Virus record (IMG/VR): IMGVR_UViG_3300009706_000010
Span: 1 to 55,698 of that record
DNA: 55,698 bases
Direction: 5' to 3' (one strand)
Origin: a virus
Taxonomy: Duplodnaviria > Caudoviricetes
Below the pieces are notes generated by a model. It had not been told where the DNA came from. It saw only the letters and a program-made list of their open reading frames with translations, and did not search any database. The position numbers and the translations under genes are program-made. Shown here piece after piece: positions 44,878 through 53,396 of this stretch (position 1 is its first letter; every line of letters begins with the position of its first letter).

Positions 44878-45634
44878 ATCGGTTTCACTTGCAAAATTTG
44901 AATCTGACCCGGAGGACGGGCAGACGATCGAGGCGGCGAACACTCCGATCGTGTCGGCGGAGGACTACGAACGCGGATGGGCGATCGAACATGCGCTGGC
45001 AGCGCTCGAAGATCAGATCACGAAGCACTATCAAGGGACGAAGGACAGCCTGAACGCTCTGGTCGCGGCGTTCAGGGAGATGGCGAACGGGGATCTGGTC
45101 CCGATCAGGGAAGCGCGGAAGCTGCTCCGGGCGAATCTCGGGGCGTGGAAGGACGCAGCGGACGCAGCGGACGCACTGGAGACGGCGCGTGTGGAGGCGG
45201 AAGCGGCGGAGGTGCAGCGGCAGCTTCACGAGAGCACGGTGGCAGCGGTGGAAGCTATCGCTGCGGCTGAGCCGGACCCGATCGTGTCGGAGGCATTCAA
45301 GCAGGAGGCGGTGGCAATCGCAGCAGCACCGGCGGCGCGACGGGCCACGGCTGCTGTCACGAGCGCACCGAAGATCGCAGGCGGCGGGTTCCGGCTCGAA
45401 TGGTCGGCGGAGATCGTCGATGTGAAAAGCCTGATCCGTGCATGGCTCAACGGTAAGTGTTTCCTCGATGAAGGCGGGTTGATTGAAGGGCTGCAACCTC
45501 AGATGAACGCGCAGGCCGACACGCTGAAGAACAATCTCCCGCAGGCATTCCCGGGGACGGCGGTGCATTCCAAGAACGTACCGGTCACGCGGCGCCGGGC
45601 TCGCAAGGCGGCTCCGAAGGCGGCAAAAGCGTGA
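44870..45634 (+). CDS. Coiled-coil protein (recombination-associated)
   Basis: Long Ala/Glu coiled coil, W.AEI.D, FPG; typical neighbour of phage exonucleases. Confidence 0.55.
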   Translation: MAESVSLAKFESDPEDGQTIEAANTPIVSAEDYERGWAIEHALAALEDQITKHYQGTKDSLNALVAAFREMANGDLVPIREARKLLRANLGAWKDAADAADALETARVEAEAAEVQRQLHESTVAAVEAIAAAEPDPIVSEAFKQEAVAIAAAPAARRATAAVTSAPKIAGGGFRLEWSAEIVDVKSLIRAWLNGKCFLDEGGLIEGLQPQMNAQADTLKNNLPQAFPGTAVHSKNVPVTRRRARKAAPKAAKA

Positions 45635-47832
45635 GCCTCGCAGTCACGCGAGTCTGCGAGCGGCTGACGGGTGTCCAAGGCTCAGGCGACAACCTGAAGG
45701 CGAAGTGTCCGGCGCATGAGGACCGGGTGGCGAGTCTGTCGATCGGTGAGGGCAGCGGTGGCCGGGTGCTCCTGCATTGCCACGCTGGCTGCGCTCCGAC
45801 TGACATCGTGGCCGCTGCCGGGCTGACCTTCACGGATCTGTTCCCACCGAATGACGGCGCGACTGCGGTGCCGGACAGGGGCGAGGAAGCCTACTCTTAC
45901 ACTGATGCTGAGGGAGTGCCGGTCTATCAAGTAGTGAGGATGGCCGGGAAGGACTTCCGGCAACGGCGCCCGGATGGTTCCGGCGGGTGGATTTGGAAGA
46001 TGACCGGCGTGAAGCGTGTGCCTTTCCGGCTACCTGAGCTTCAGGGTGTCGAAACGGTCTTCGTCGTAGAGGGGGAGAAGGACTCGAACCGGCTCTGGTC
46101 GCACAGTATCCCTGCCACGACGAATTGCGGCGGCGCCGGGAAGTGGGGCGCGTCGGAGACAAAGGCGCTGAAGGCGGCAGGCTGCACACGAGTCGTCGTG
46201 CTGCCGGACAACGACCGCCCGGGGCTCAGCCATGCCGAGAACGTCGCACAGCGCTGCCGGGGCGCTGGCATGGCTGCAACGGTCATCCTCCTGCCCGGGC
46301 TCGACAGTCACGGAGATGTCTCGGACTGGCTGAGTGCCGGTAACTCGCCCGGGGATCTGCTGACGCTGGTCGGCGCGACACCCTACATCGTGCCTCCGGC
46401 TGGAGCGGTGGCGGCGCTGCCGGAGCTACCGGCACCGGCGGCAACCATCTTCGATGACCCGGCGAATGCCCATCGTGACCCGGCGACGGAAGCCGCGTTC
46501 GGGGAACGCTTCGCGGAGGAACATTCTCACATCTTCCGATTCGACATCCGGCGCAAGGCGTGGCTCAAGTATGAGGAGCCTCAGTGGAAGCTGGACCCGG
46601 GGAAGGTCGTTCGACGGGCGGCGCTCGACTACGTGCGAGCCCGGCAGGTTGAGGCGGTCACGCTGGTAGACATGGACAAGCGGCGGCGCCTGCTGAAGTT
46701 CGGCATCGCGTCCGAAACCAAGGCGGCGCTCGACCACATCGTATCGATCGCTGAGTGGCAGCCCGGGATGATGGACAGCGGCGAGGGATGGAACGCTGAC
46801 CCATGGCTGCTCGGTGTCCCGAACGGTGTCGTCGATCTGAGAACTGGCAACCTCCGGGCCGGGCATGCCGACGACCGTATCACGATGGTGGCCGGGGTGC
46901 CGTATGACGCTGAGGCTCAGTGTCCGCGCTGGTGGCGCTTCCTGATGGAAGTGTTCGAGAATGACACGGAGCTTGTAGACTTCGCGTGGAAACTGGCAGG
47001 CTACATGCTGACGGGGCGCACGACGGAGCAGATCATCACCATCTGCTACGGCCCGGGCGGCAACGGGAAGTCGCGGTTCCTCAGCGTCTTGAAAGCGGCA
47101 CTCGGCGACTACGGCGCCACGCTGCCCTTCTCCAGCTTGACCCATGTGCCGTCAGGAAATGAACCATCCAACGATCTCGCGGCGCTCGAAGGGAAGCGCT
47201 TGATCACGGCAAGCGAAATCAACGAAGGCGCTCGGCTGAACGAGGCTCGTCTGAAAAGCCTGACGGGTGAGGATGCGATCAGTGCTCGCTTCCTTTACGG
47301 GGAACACTTCACCTTCATGCCGGTCGGCAAGTTGATATTCAGCGTGAATCACAAGCCGGTCGTCAAGGATGACAGCCACGGGTTCTGGCGGCGCGTCCGG
47401 CTCTTGCCCTTCATGCACAAGTTTGAGGGCGCTGAACGCGATCTCGGGCTGGCGGAGAAGCTTACGGCTGAGATGCCCGGAATACTGGCGTGGGCGGTCC
47501 AAGGCTGCACGGCATGGCAGGAGGCAGGGGCTTTGCCTATCCCTGAGGCGATACGTGTCGCCACAAGCGAATACGAGGCCGACAGCGACCAATTAGCGGA
47601 GTTCATCCAGACTCGATGCGAGGTCCACGCCGATGAGACGACGCCGGGCGCGGCACTCTACAAGTCGTATCAGGAATGGTGCGATGCGAACAGGCTCGGG
47701 AAGTATGACCGGCTGACATCGAACGCTTTCGGGCGGCTGCTCGGCTCGAAATTCCGGAAAAAGCACACGGCGGGAGGCTCGGTTTACATAGGATTGGCTG
47801 TTAAGACGGGGATTCCGGGGCTCCGGGCATGA
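45631..47832 (+). CDS. Primase-helicase (Zn-binding, TOPRIM, D5/P4-type SF3 helicase)
   Basis: CPAHED..SL...CHAGC, VEGEKD, PDND..G, NGVVDL.TG, GPGGNGKS, ASE, LTGED.I.AR.LY, NHKP, WRR. Confidence 0.93.
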   Translation: MSLAVTRVCERLTGVQGSGDNLKAKCPAHEDRVASLSIGEGSGGRVLLHCHAGCAPTDIVAAAGLTFTDLFPPNDGATAVPDRGEEAYSYTDAEGVPVYQVVRMAGKDFRQRRPDGSGGWIWKMTGVKRVPFRLPELQGVETVFVVEGEKDSNRLWSHSIPATTNCGGAGKWGASETKALKAAGCTRVVVLPDNDRPGLSHAENVAQRCRGAGMAATVILLPGLDSHGDVSDWLSAGNSPGDLLTLVGATPYIVPPAGAVAALPELPAPAATIFDDPANAHRDPATEAAFGERFAEEHSHIFRFDIRRKAWLKYEEPQWKLDPGKVVRRAALDYVRARQVEAVTLVDMDKRRRLLKFGIASETKAALDHIVSIAEWQPGMMDSGEGWNADPWLLGVPNGVVDLRTGNLRAGHADDRITMVAGVPYDAEAQCPRWWRFLMEVFENDTELVDFAWKLAGYMLTGRTTEQIITICYGPGGNGKSRFLSVLKAALGDYGATLPFSSLTHVPSGNEPSNDLAALEGKRLITASEINEGARLNEARLKSLTGEDAISARFLYGEHFTFMPVGKLIFSVNHKPVVKDDSHGFWRRVRLLPFMHKFEGAERDLGLAEKLTAEMPGILAWAVQGCTAWQEAGALPIPEAIRVATSEYEADSDQLAEFIQTRCEVHADETTPGAALYKSYQEWCDANRLGKYDRLTSNAFGRLLGSKFRKKHTAGGSVYIGLAVKTGIPGLRA

Positions 47833-47945
47833 AAATTCTGTCACTTTCGTCTACTTTAGTGCGGGATATTCCCCAAACTGAGGACACTTTAGGGCTTTTC
47901 ATGGCATGTCACGAAGGCCAGAAAAACGAAAGTGACAGAATTTTC
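47831..47945. repeat. Perfect 20-bp inverted repeat in AT-rich tract (candidate replication origin)
   Basis: GAAAATTCTGTCACTTTCGT (47831-50) / ACGAAAGTGACAGAATTTTC (47926-45). Confidence 0.8.
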
Positions 47946-48089
47946 CTAATGAATGACAGATTGAGGGCACTTAGAAAAACTCTGCTTTACAATTATTCTC
48001 TTATACAACTTCTTAAGAGAGAATATTCTGTCATACCGTCATTTATCGGTATGGCGCTTCAACGGTAATCGGATTCGGAGGTTACGACC

Positions 48090-48335
48090 ATGGCGACGAG
48101 CAACAGGATCAGCGGAACGATGAAGGCCGTGAAGCACGAGATGGGCTTCGGCTTCATCACACACGACGCGACCGGGCAGGACTACTTCATGCACCGAACC
48201 GCGTTCATCCTTAACGAGGGGCAGGACGCGGCGACGGAGTGGGAGACGCTAGAGGTTGACGATCGGGTGGAATTCGAGCCCGTCGAAGGCCCGAAGGGGC
48301 TCCGGGCTATCGAAGTCGTTCGGATAGACGGGTGA
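48090..48335 (+). CDS. Cold-shock domain protein
   Basis: GFGFI (RNP1), YFMH (RNP2), VEFE...GPKGLRA..V; GGAGG SD. Confidence 0.9.
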   Translation: MATSNRISGTMKAVKHEMGFGFITHDATGQDYFMHRTAFILNEGQDAATEWETLEVDDRVEFEPVEGPKGLRAIEVVRIDG

Positions 48336-48838
48336 GCGGCGGTCACGAGCCGATTCAACAGCCCGGGAAGTCGAAGCAGTCGTTTTCAACACCTGCGGAC
48401 TTCATGGCTGCTGTGAAGACACGATTCCGTATCGAGCAGTTCGCTCACGACTTCGCGGCTGAGCGGTCGAATACGAAGGCCCGGCACTGGTTCGGGCGCG
48501 GCATCGATGCGCTGAGTTTTGAAGACTGGAGCGCCTACATTCCGGAACGAGAGTGGGGCTGGCTGAATCCGGAGTTCGGGCATATTCGGCCATGGGCTGA
48601 ACGGTGCGTTGAAACCGGCTGGATGGACCGGAACATTATGCTGCTCACTCCGGCGGCTGTCGGATCGAACTGGTATCGGGAGGTGGTAGAGCCGCATGGG
48701 TATTGCCTGTTCCTGAACGGGCGGCTACACTTCGATCCAGCGCATCCCACATGGGGTTATCCGAAGGACTGCATGTTGTCGCTGTTCGGGCCGGGCTTTC
48801 ACGGATATTCGAACGACACATGGGCATGGAGGTCATGA
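48332..48838 (+). CDS. Phage Dam-type N6-adenine DNA methyltransferase
   Basis: STP..F, D.AA...N.K, DAL..W, WLNPEF (motif IV variant), LL.PA, GRL.F. Confidence 0.75.
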   Translation: MSGGHEPIQQPGKSKQSFSTPADFMAAVKTRFRIEQFAHDFAAERSNTKARHWFGRGIDALSFEDWSAYIPEREWGWLNPEFGHIRPWAERCVETGWMDRNIMLLTPAAVGSNWYREVVEPHGYCLFLNGRLHFDPAHPTWGYPKDCMLSLFGPGFHGYSNDTWAWRS

Positions 48839-49158
48839 TGCACCGATTCAGTGCGGAGCGATTGGCGGCGTATACGAAACTGCTGAGGAAGCGCGACCTG
48901 ACGGACCCGTCTCCGGACGGGAAACCGGACATATTCGACAATTTCGCACTCCTGCGGGGTAAGGCGCCACGCTCGCGGCGAGGGCATCGGCAGACATGCG
49001 CCGGGAGCCCGGACCGGATGCGAACGACGTGGCTACGGGCGGCGCAGGGGTGGACACAGCTTCGCCTTGCCACTAGCGATGGTGTCCTGAACGGATGGAA
49101 GTCGGCGCGGACACACCGGAGCCGCAGGGACAGAGTTGTGATGCTTCGGCGTGGGTAG
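48835..49158 (+). CDS. Basic hypothetical protein
   Basis: ATGA-coupled ORF; weak support. Confidence 0.35.
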   Translation: MMHRFSAERLAAYTKLLRKRDLTDPSPDGKPDIFDNFALLRGKAPRSRRGHRQTCAGSPDRMRTTWLRAAQGWTQLRLATSDGVLNGWKSARTHRSRRDRVVMLRRG

Positions 49159-49179
49159 TATGGTAAGGTCGAACGGACG

Positions 49180-49728
49180 ATGACGACGGGCCGATTGACA
49201 CCAGCACCTTTGATTGTCGGCGGGTTCTCGCTTGAGGACCGGCAGGCGGTCCCGATAGGTGAGCCAACCCTCGAAGGATTCCTCGAAGCTGTCTCCGCAT
49301 GCCGGTTCATGGTCGCGAATGCTGAGATGTGGCTTGGCGACCTCCTGAACTACGGTGAGGCAGCCTACGGTGAGAAATACTCGCAGGCAATCGACGCCAC
49401 AGGGCTGTCCTATTCAACGCTGGCGAATGTCGCATCGGTCGCGAAGCGTGTGCCAATTTCCCGCAGGCGGGAAGATCTGACCTTCGGCCATCATGAAGCG
49501 GTGGCGAAACTGGAGCCGCAGCAGCAGGTGGATTGGCTGGAGCATGCGGCGGTTACCGGCACACGGCGCGATGACCTGAGAACACAGATCAAGTCGGCAG
49601 GGACGCAGGCGAGCAATCCGAGAGTCAAGCTGTGGCTCTTGGTCGAATGCAACGACATCGCCGATCAGGTTGCGCTGCGCGATCGGATGGTGTCAGAGGG
49701 GCGAATTGTCAAGCTAACAGCGGAGTAG
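49180..49728 (+). CDS. LmbU-like DNA-binding protein
   Basis: WLGD.L.YGE..YG.KY......GLSY.TL.N...VA......RR..L.F.HH.AVA.L...Q..WL. Confidence 0.75.
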   Translation: MTTGRLTPAPLIVGGFSLEDRQAVPIGEPTLEGFLEAVSACRFMVANAEMWLGDLLNYGEAAYGEKYSQAIDATGLSYSTLANVASVAKRVPISRRREDLTFGHHEAVAKLEPQQQVDWLEHAAVTGTRRDDLRTQIKSAGTQASNPRVKLWLLVECNDIADQVALRDRMVSEGRIVKLTAE

Positions 49729-49835
49729 GAGACGACGAATGACGTTCAAGATAGCGGTGGATGGTATACGCCGTCCCGGCTTCGGGAAAATACAAGTCAC
49801 TGAAGGCGTGAAGCTGTTCAACGAAGGAGGCGCAA

Positions 49836-50696
49836 GTGACGGCCTTCTGGAAACCTGATTATACGAAGGAACGTGCGGCTCGGAAGCTGGCCGTGAAGGC
49901 TGAAGACCGGGCAAGCTCGGCGGTGGTGGGCTCAGGCAAGCGGAGCGGTGGACGCTGCGAGGTGCGCGAGCTTCAGGGCATGACATCGGTTCGATGCGGT
50001 CGCGGCGCGATAGAGGTGCACCACATGATCGGCGGTCGCGGCAAGCGTGGCCGGGGTGCATCGGCGACGGCTGAGTGCAAACAGCATGTGTGCACGGCTT
50101 GTCATCAGGACATCACGGGCGGCATAGGCGGTCGGCGCTTAATCCTCCTCGCTGCGCCGGGCGATGTTCCTAACTACTTAGATGTGTATATGAGGGCGGC
50201 AATGAGGAAGGCGGCACGGCGATACTGGCGCGATGTCACGCCGGAGCAGCTTCACGCTCGCCGCGCTGGCTTGCGCACGACACTATTGTCGAAGCCTCCG
50301 CGACCACGGTCTGGTAACGTCTATAGTCGGACAAAAAGTGGCAAGCGAGCCGACCTTGGTGGGCAGTTTTTTCGGTCAGCATGGGAGGCAAACTACGCTC
50401 GATATTTGAATTGGTTGATTGCGCGGGGGAAGCTTCGCGAGTGGTCCTTTGAGCCGCGCACCTTTGTGTTCCATGGCGTGACTCGGGGCGTCTTGACCTA
50501 CACACCTGATTTCTTAGTCGTGGAGTCTGATGGGTCTAGCTGTTGGCATGAAGTCAAAGGGTGGATGGACGCGAAAAGCAAGGCGAAGTTGAAGCGCTTC
50601 GCGAAGTTTTACCCTGACGAGAGATTGATTGTCATTGGCGCCACGGAATACAAGGCGCTGTCGAAGTGGTCAGGGTTGATACCGGGGTGGGAATGA
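49836..50696 (+). CDS. HNH-like plus PD-(D/E)xK endonuclease fusion
   Basis: RCE...C...EVHH...C.ACH then FRSAWEANYA.YL...FEP..F...YTPDF...HEVKG. Confidence 0.7.
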   Translation: MTAFWKPDYTKERAARKLAVKAEDRASSAVVGSGKRSGGRCEVRELQGMTSVRCGRGAIEVHHMIGGRGKRGRGASATAECKQHVCTACHQDITGGIGGRRLILLAAPGDVPNYLDVYMRAAMRKAARRYWRDVTPEQLHARRAGLRTTLLSKPPRPRSGNVYSRTKSGKRADLGGQFFRSAWEANYARYLNWLIARGKLREWSFEPRTFVFHGVTRGVLTYTPDFLVVESDGSSCWHEVKGWMDAKSKAKLKRFAKFYPDERLIVIGATEYKALSKWSGLIPGWE

Positions 50697-50722
50697 CGGA
50701 AATCACGATCGAGGAGGTCTGA

Positions 50723-50923
50723 GTGGAAGCGATTACGGTATCGTGGTCATGCGCGAAATGTGAGAGGCAGGGCGGTATGAACCTACTCCCAACGTCCACC
50801 GAGTCAGAACCGGAGACGGGAGCGCGGCATCAGCGGTGGACTCGGGCTTACTGTGTCCCTGACTGCCTGTTCCGAATCCCTGCGGCGCCCGGCTGCACCT
50901 TCAAGCTTCACACTATCGACTGA
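50723..50923 (+). CDS. Small Cys-rich protein
   Basis: GAGGAGG SD; CAKC. Confidence 0.45.
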   Translation: MEAITVSWSCAKCERQGGMNLLPTSTESEPETGARHQRWTRAYCVPDCLFRIPAAPGCTFKLHTID

Positions 50924-51156
50924 TGGCGAAGGAATGGCCCATTGAGAGGATGCACCGGGAGCATGGCCGGGACTCGGAGAACGCCTGCGGTGATTGTCGC
51001 TTCTGCGTCCAGCTTCAGAAGCCTCACTTTGCTCGGGGCCATGTCATGAAGTCTTACTGTTTCAAGGCTCCGGCGCGGCTGAATGCCCACGGCGAAACGA
51101 TGCGACCGATTTGGCTGAAGCGCTGGACCGCTTGCGGGTTACATGAAACCGAATAG
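50923..51156 (+). CDS. Small Cys-rich protein
   Basis: MH..HG....CGDC..C...W...ACG. Confidence 0.55.
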   Translation: MAKEWPIERMHREHGRDSENACGDCRFCVQLQKPHFARGHVMKSYCFKAPARLNAHGETMRPIWLKRWTACGLHETE

Positions 51157-51352
51157 GCGGCAGTTCCTCGCGGCGCTCGCGGCTGTCCAGCTGGCGGCGG
51201 CGCTTCCGGCATCCATGCCAAACGTCGTATGGACAACCGTCGTGTCCGCCGATGGTGATGGCGGGTTCTTGGTCACGCAAGAGGTCGCGGAGTGGCTACT
51301 CGCGAACCCGGGTGACTCGGAGCGCGGCGAATTAACGAGGCTTGGGTTCTGA
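51143..51352 (+). CDS. Small protein with twin-arginine (Tat)-like signal
   Basis: NRRQFLAALAAVQLAAALPA. Confidence 0.55.
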   Translation: MKPNRRQFLAALAAVQLAAALPASMPNVVWTTVVSADGDGGFLVTQEVAEWLLANPGDSERGELTRLGF

Positions 51353-51774
51353 TGCCTGAAGCGTTGAAGAAACCATGCGCGGTGCGAGGCGGCGGGTGTC
51401 CTGAACTGGTCGCTGACGGCTGCTGCCCGGCCCACACGCGACAACAGGAAGCCTACCGGGGCTCGGCTGCCTCCCGTGGCTACGATTCGCACTGGTCGAA
51501 GGTCTTTCGGCCTGCGTTCTTCCGGGCGTTGATTCGTCATGGCATCACGCCGGTGTGCGGCGAAGCGCTGCCGTGGGGACCACGAGCAGCTACCCTGAAG
51601 GCGAGCGCCTGTCACAAGGCCGGGTTGCTTCAGGCGCGGACGCTGCACCTTGACCACACGCCTCCGTTGGAAGACCACGAGCGGCAGAGCCGTTCAGCGG
51701 TGGAAGACATGGGGCGTATCGGGCTGCTGTGCCGGTCGTGCCATGCGCGGAAAACACAGGAGGAGAATCGATGA
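51352..51774 (+). CDS. HNH endonuclease (packaging-associated type)
   Basis: MP....PC...GCP.LV..G.C..H...RG.A..RGY..W...DH..P...LC..CH..KT. Confidence 0.85.
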   Translation: MPEALKKPCAVRGGGCPELVADGCCPAHTRQQEAYRGSAASRGYDSHWSKVFRPAFFRALIRHGITPVCGEALPWGPRAATLKASACHKAGLLQARTLHLDHTPPLEDHERQSRSAVEDMGRIGLLCRSCHARKTQEENR

Positions 51775-52118
51775 AGCACCGGGAAGGGTGTCCGAAACTG
51801 ACGGTTATAGCCGACATGGAAGACTGCATCTGTCAGAGGATTGGGGCCGGTGAATTGGCCTTCCGGATCGTTGGCGGCGCGGCGCTGCTCGCCTTGTATT
51901 TCTACACGGCTCAGTTCATCCCATGGAAACAGTGACGCCTCAGCCGTCATGCGCGTTCGCTCCCTGCGCTGAAGTTACAAAGTGCGCCATGGTCGGAGGC
52001 TGCCCGAACAGGAAGGCGGCGAAAACGGAACGAGAACTCGCGGCATACGTGAAACCGGCTGACGGCTCGCCGGGGCCGCGCCTGCTGTCGGCGATGTTCC
52101 AGATTTAACGGAGGGACA

Positions 52119-52343
52119 ATGGATCTCGAAGCGTTCTTTGAGCTTCAGTTGCGGCGGGTGCGGATGGGCTCGGCCACCTACTCCGTTAAGAGCGGTGACG
52201 CGCCGCATTGTGAGCCGCTGCGCCCACGGCAGGGCGCAAGATTCCGCTGTGCTTGCGGAAGGGTCCGGCCCGGCGACCGTGCGCGATGCAGGCATTGTGC
52301 AGGGCTGGGTAGGCAAATCTCACGAAGGGAAAATAGTTCTTGA
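52119..52343 (+). CDS. Small basic Cys-containing protein
   Basis: GGAGG SD; CACG...CRHC; ends within P12. Confidence 0.45.
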   Translation: MDLEAFFELQLRRVRMGSATYSVKSGDAPHCEPLRPRQGARFRCACGRVRPGDRARCRHCAGLGRQISRRENSS

Positions 52344-52376
52344 CATCCACGGCGGGTTGATATTATCATTCTGGAT
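52330..52376 (+). promoter_or_regulatory. Repeated promoter element P12 (class I)
   Basis: TTGACA(52340)-18-TATCAT(52364)-7 nt-ATG52377. Confidence 0.88.
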
Positions 52377-52607
52377 ATGGACATCATGCATAACGGAGCG
52401 GCGGCAAAGGCGGCGATCGAGGATGCGGCTCACGATGAGTCGATGCGGCGAGTCGCGGCTTTCAACGAAGATGGCAGCGACGGATTCCTCGATGAGTGGA
52501 TGGACGACACGCTGCACAATGCGAGCGTGGAAGCCGCTGCGGCTCCGGTCGCTGATGACCACGACGAAATGCTCGGCGAATTGCTCGGCGATGAGATCCT
52601 GTTTTAA
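52377..52607 (+). CDS. Highly acidic small protein (leaderless)
   Basis: ATG at predicted +1; D/E-rich 76 aa. Confidence 0.6.
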   Translation: MDIMHNGAAAKAAIEDAAHDESMRRVAAFNEDGSDGFLDEWMDDTLHNASVEAAAAPVADDHDEMLGELLGDEILF

Positions 52608-52638
52608 CAGCGCAGCGACGACGACGACGGAGGACACC

Positions 52639-53073
52639 ATGCGATTGAGAAACACCACGGACATTCCGAACGAGACGATTCGCGAGGTCGTTCGATTCAC
52701 TTGCCCGTCTGGCGTAAGCGGCTACGATGTAAAGGTTGCTCAGAACCACACTAGCAGGCTGAAGGGGAAGGCATACCCGCAAGGCAGCGGACTACACTCT
52801 ACGGCTTCGCCGTTCATCAACCTATATATCGGCGCGGCTAGCGAGTTCCCCGCACCGCCGGTCGAAGTGCGACACCGGCCCGGATACCTGCCGATGCCGT
52901 ATTTCGCCACGCAGCTTGAAGCGTTGGTCTATCTTGCCGCCCACGAGTTGCGGCACCTCTGGCAAGCGCGAGTAAAGAGAGGTCGGCGAGTATGGGGTGC
53001 GAAAGGACAATTCTCCGAACGAGACGCTGACGCCTACGCGCTAAAAACACTGAGGGCATGGCGCCGAAAATAA
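52639..53073 (+). CDS. Zincin-like metallopeptidase (HExxH)
   Basis: GGAGG SD; LAAHELRH..Q...ERDADAYA. Confidence 0.75.
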   Translation: MRLRNTTDIPNETIREVVRFTCPSGVSGYDVKVAQNHTSRLKGKAYPQGSGLHSTASPFINLYIGAASEFPAPPVEVRHRPGYLPMPYFATQLEALVYLAAHELRHLWQARVKRGRRVWGAKGQFSERDADAYALKTLRAWRRK

Positions 53074-53088
53074 AAGTTCTCGAAACTG

Positions 53089-53132
53089 AAAATAGTTCTT
53101 GACTCTCACGCTCATTTTGTTAATATCAATTC
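53089..53132 (+). promoter_or_regulatory. Repeated promoter element P13 (class II)
   Basis: TTGACT(53099)-16-TAATAT(53121)-6 nt-ATG53133. Confidence 0.85.
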
Positions 53133-53396
53133 ATGAATAAGACGATGACGACGACGGCGGCGAACCCTGCTCCCCTCCTCGCGAAACTGGCTGAGCTTCG
53201 GGCTCGCCGCGAGGCCCACGAGAATTCCAAGTGCGATGTCTGCGGCTTGCATGCCGACATCCACCGACCGGGCTGCCCTGATGCGCCGATGTCACCGGAG
53301 GAGATCGCGTATCAGGAGAAGTCGTTCGTAGACTCCTGCGCTGACAACTCGGAAGACTATCCCGGCCAGCGCATCACCGGGCCTGCTGATGCTTAA
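53133..53396 (+). CDS. Hypothetical protein (leaderless), C..C...H..C Zn motif
   Basis: Starts ATGAATAAGACGA, as does the P10 gene. Confidence 0.6.
   Translation: MNKTMTTTAANPAPLLAKLAELRARREAHENSKCDVCGLHADIHRPGCPDAPMSPEEIAYQEKSFVDSCADNSEDYPGQRITGPADA

Noticed and set aside
5042-47592. Long minus-strand ORFs (e.g. 5042-5698, 9968-10741, 12031-12738, 15553-16299, 46426-47145)
   Set aside because: Antisense shadows of well-supported + strand genes in a GC-rich genome
47829-48068. 79-aa ORF after the primase
   Set aside because: AT-rich, atypical codon usage, overlaps the inverted repeat; more likely non-coding origin
30800-52387. Minus-strand ORFs containing or starting with MIISI / RMIIS
   Set aside because: Reverse-complement translation of the same repeat; no SD or recognisable products
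52138-52638. 311-aa ORF 52138-53073 as one gene
   Set aside because: Its 5' half spans promoter P12 and another gene; the likely start is ATG52639 with a GGAGG SD
29712-53132. Repeats as a CRISPR array or integron attC sites
   Set aside because: Spacing is irregular and gene-sized, there is no cas operon or integron integrase, no attC-like R-box dyad, and the repeats match promoter architecture
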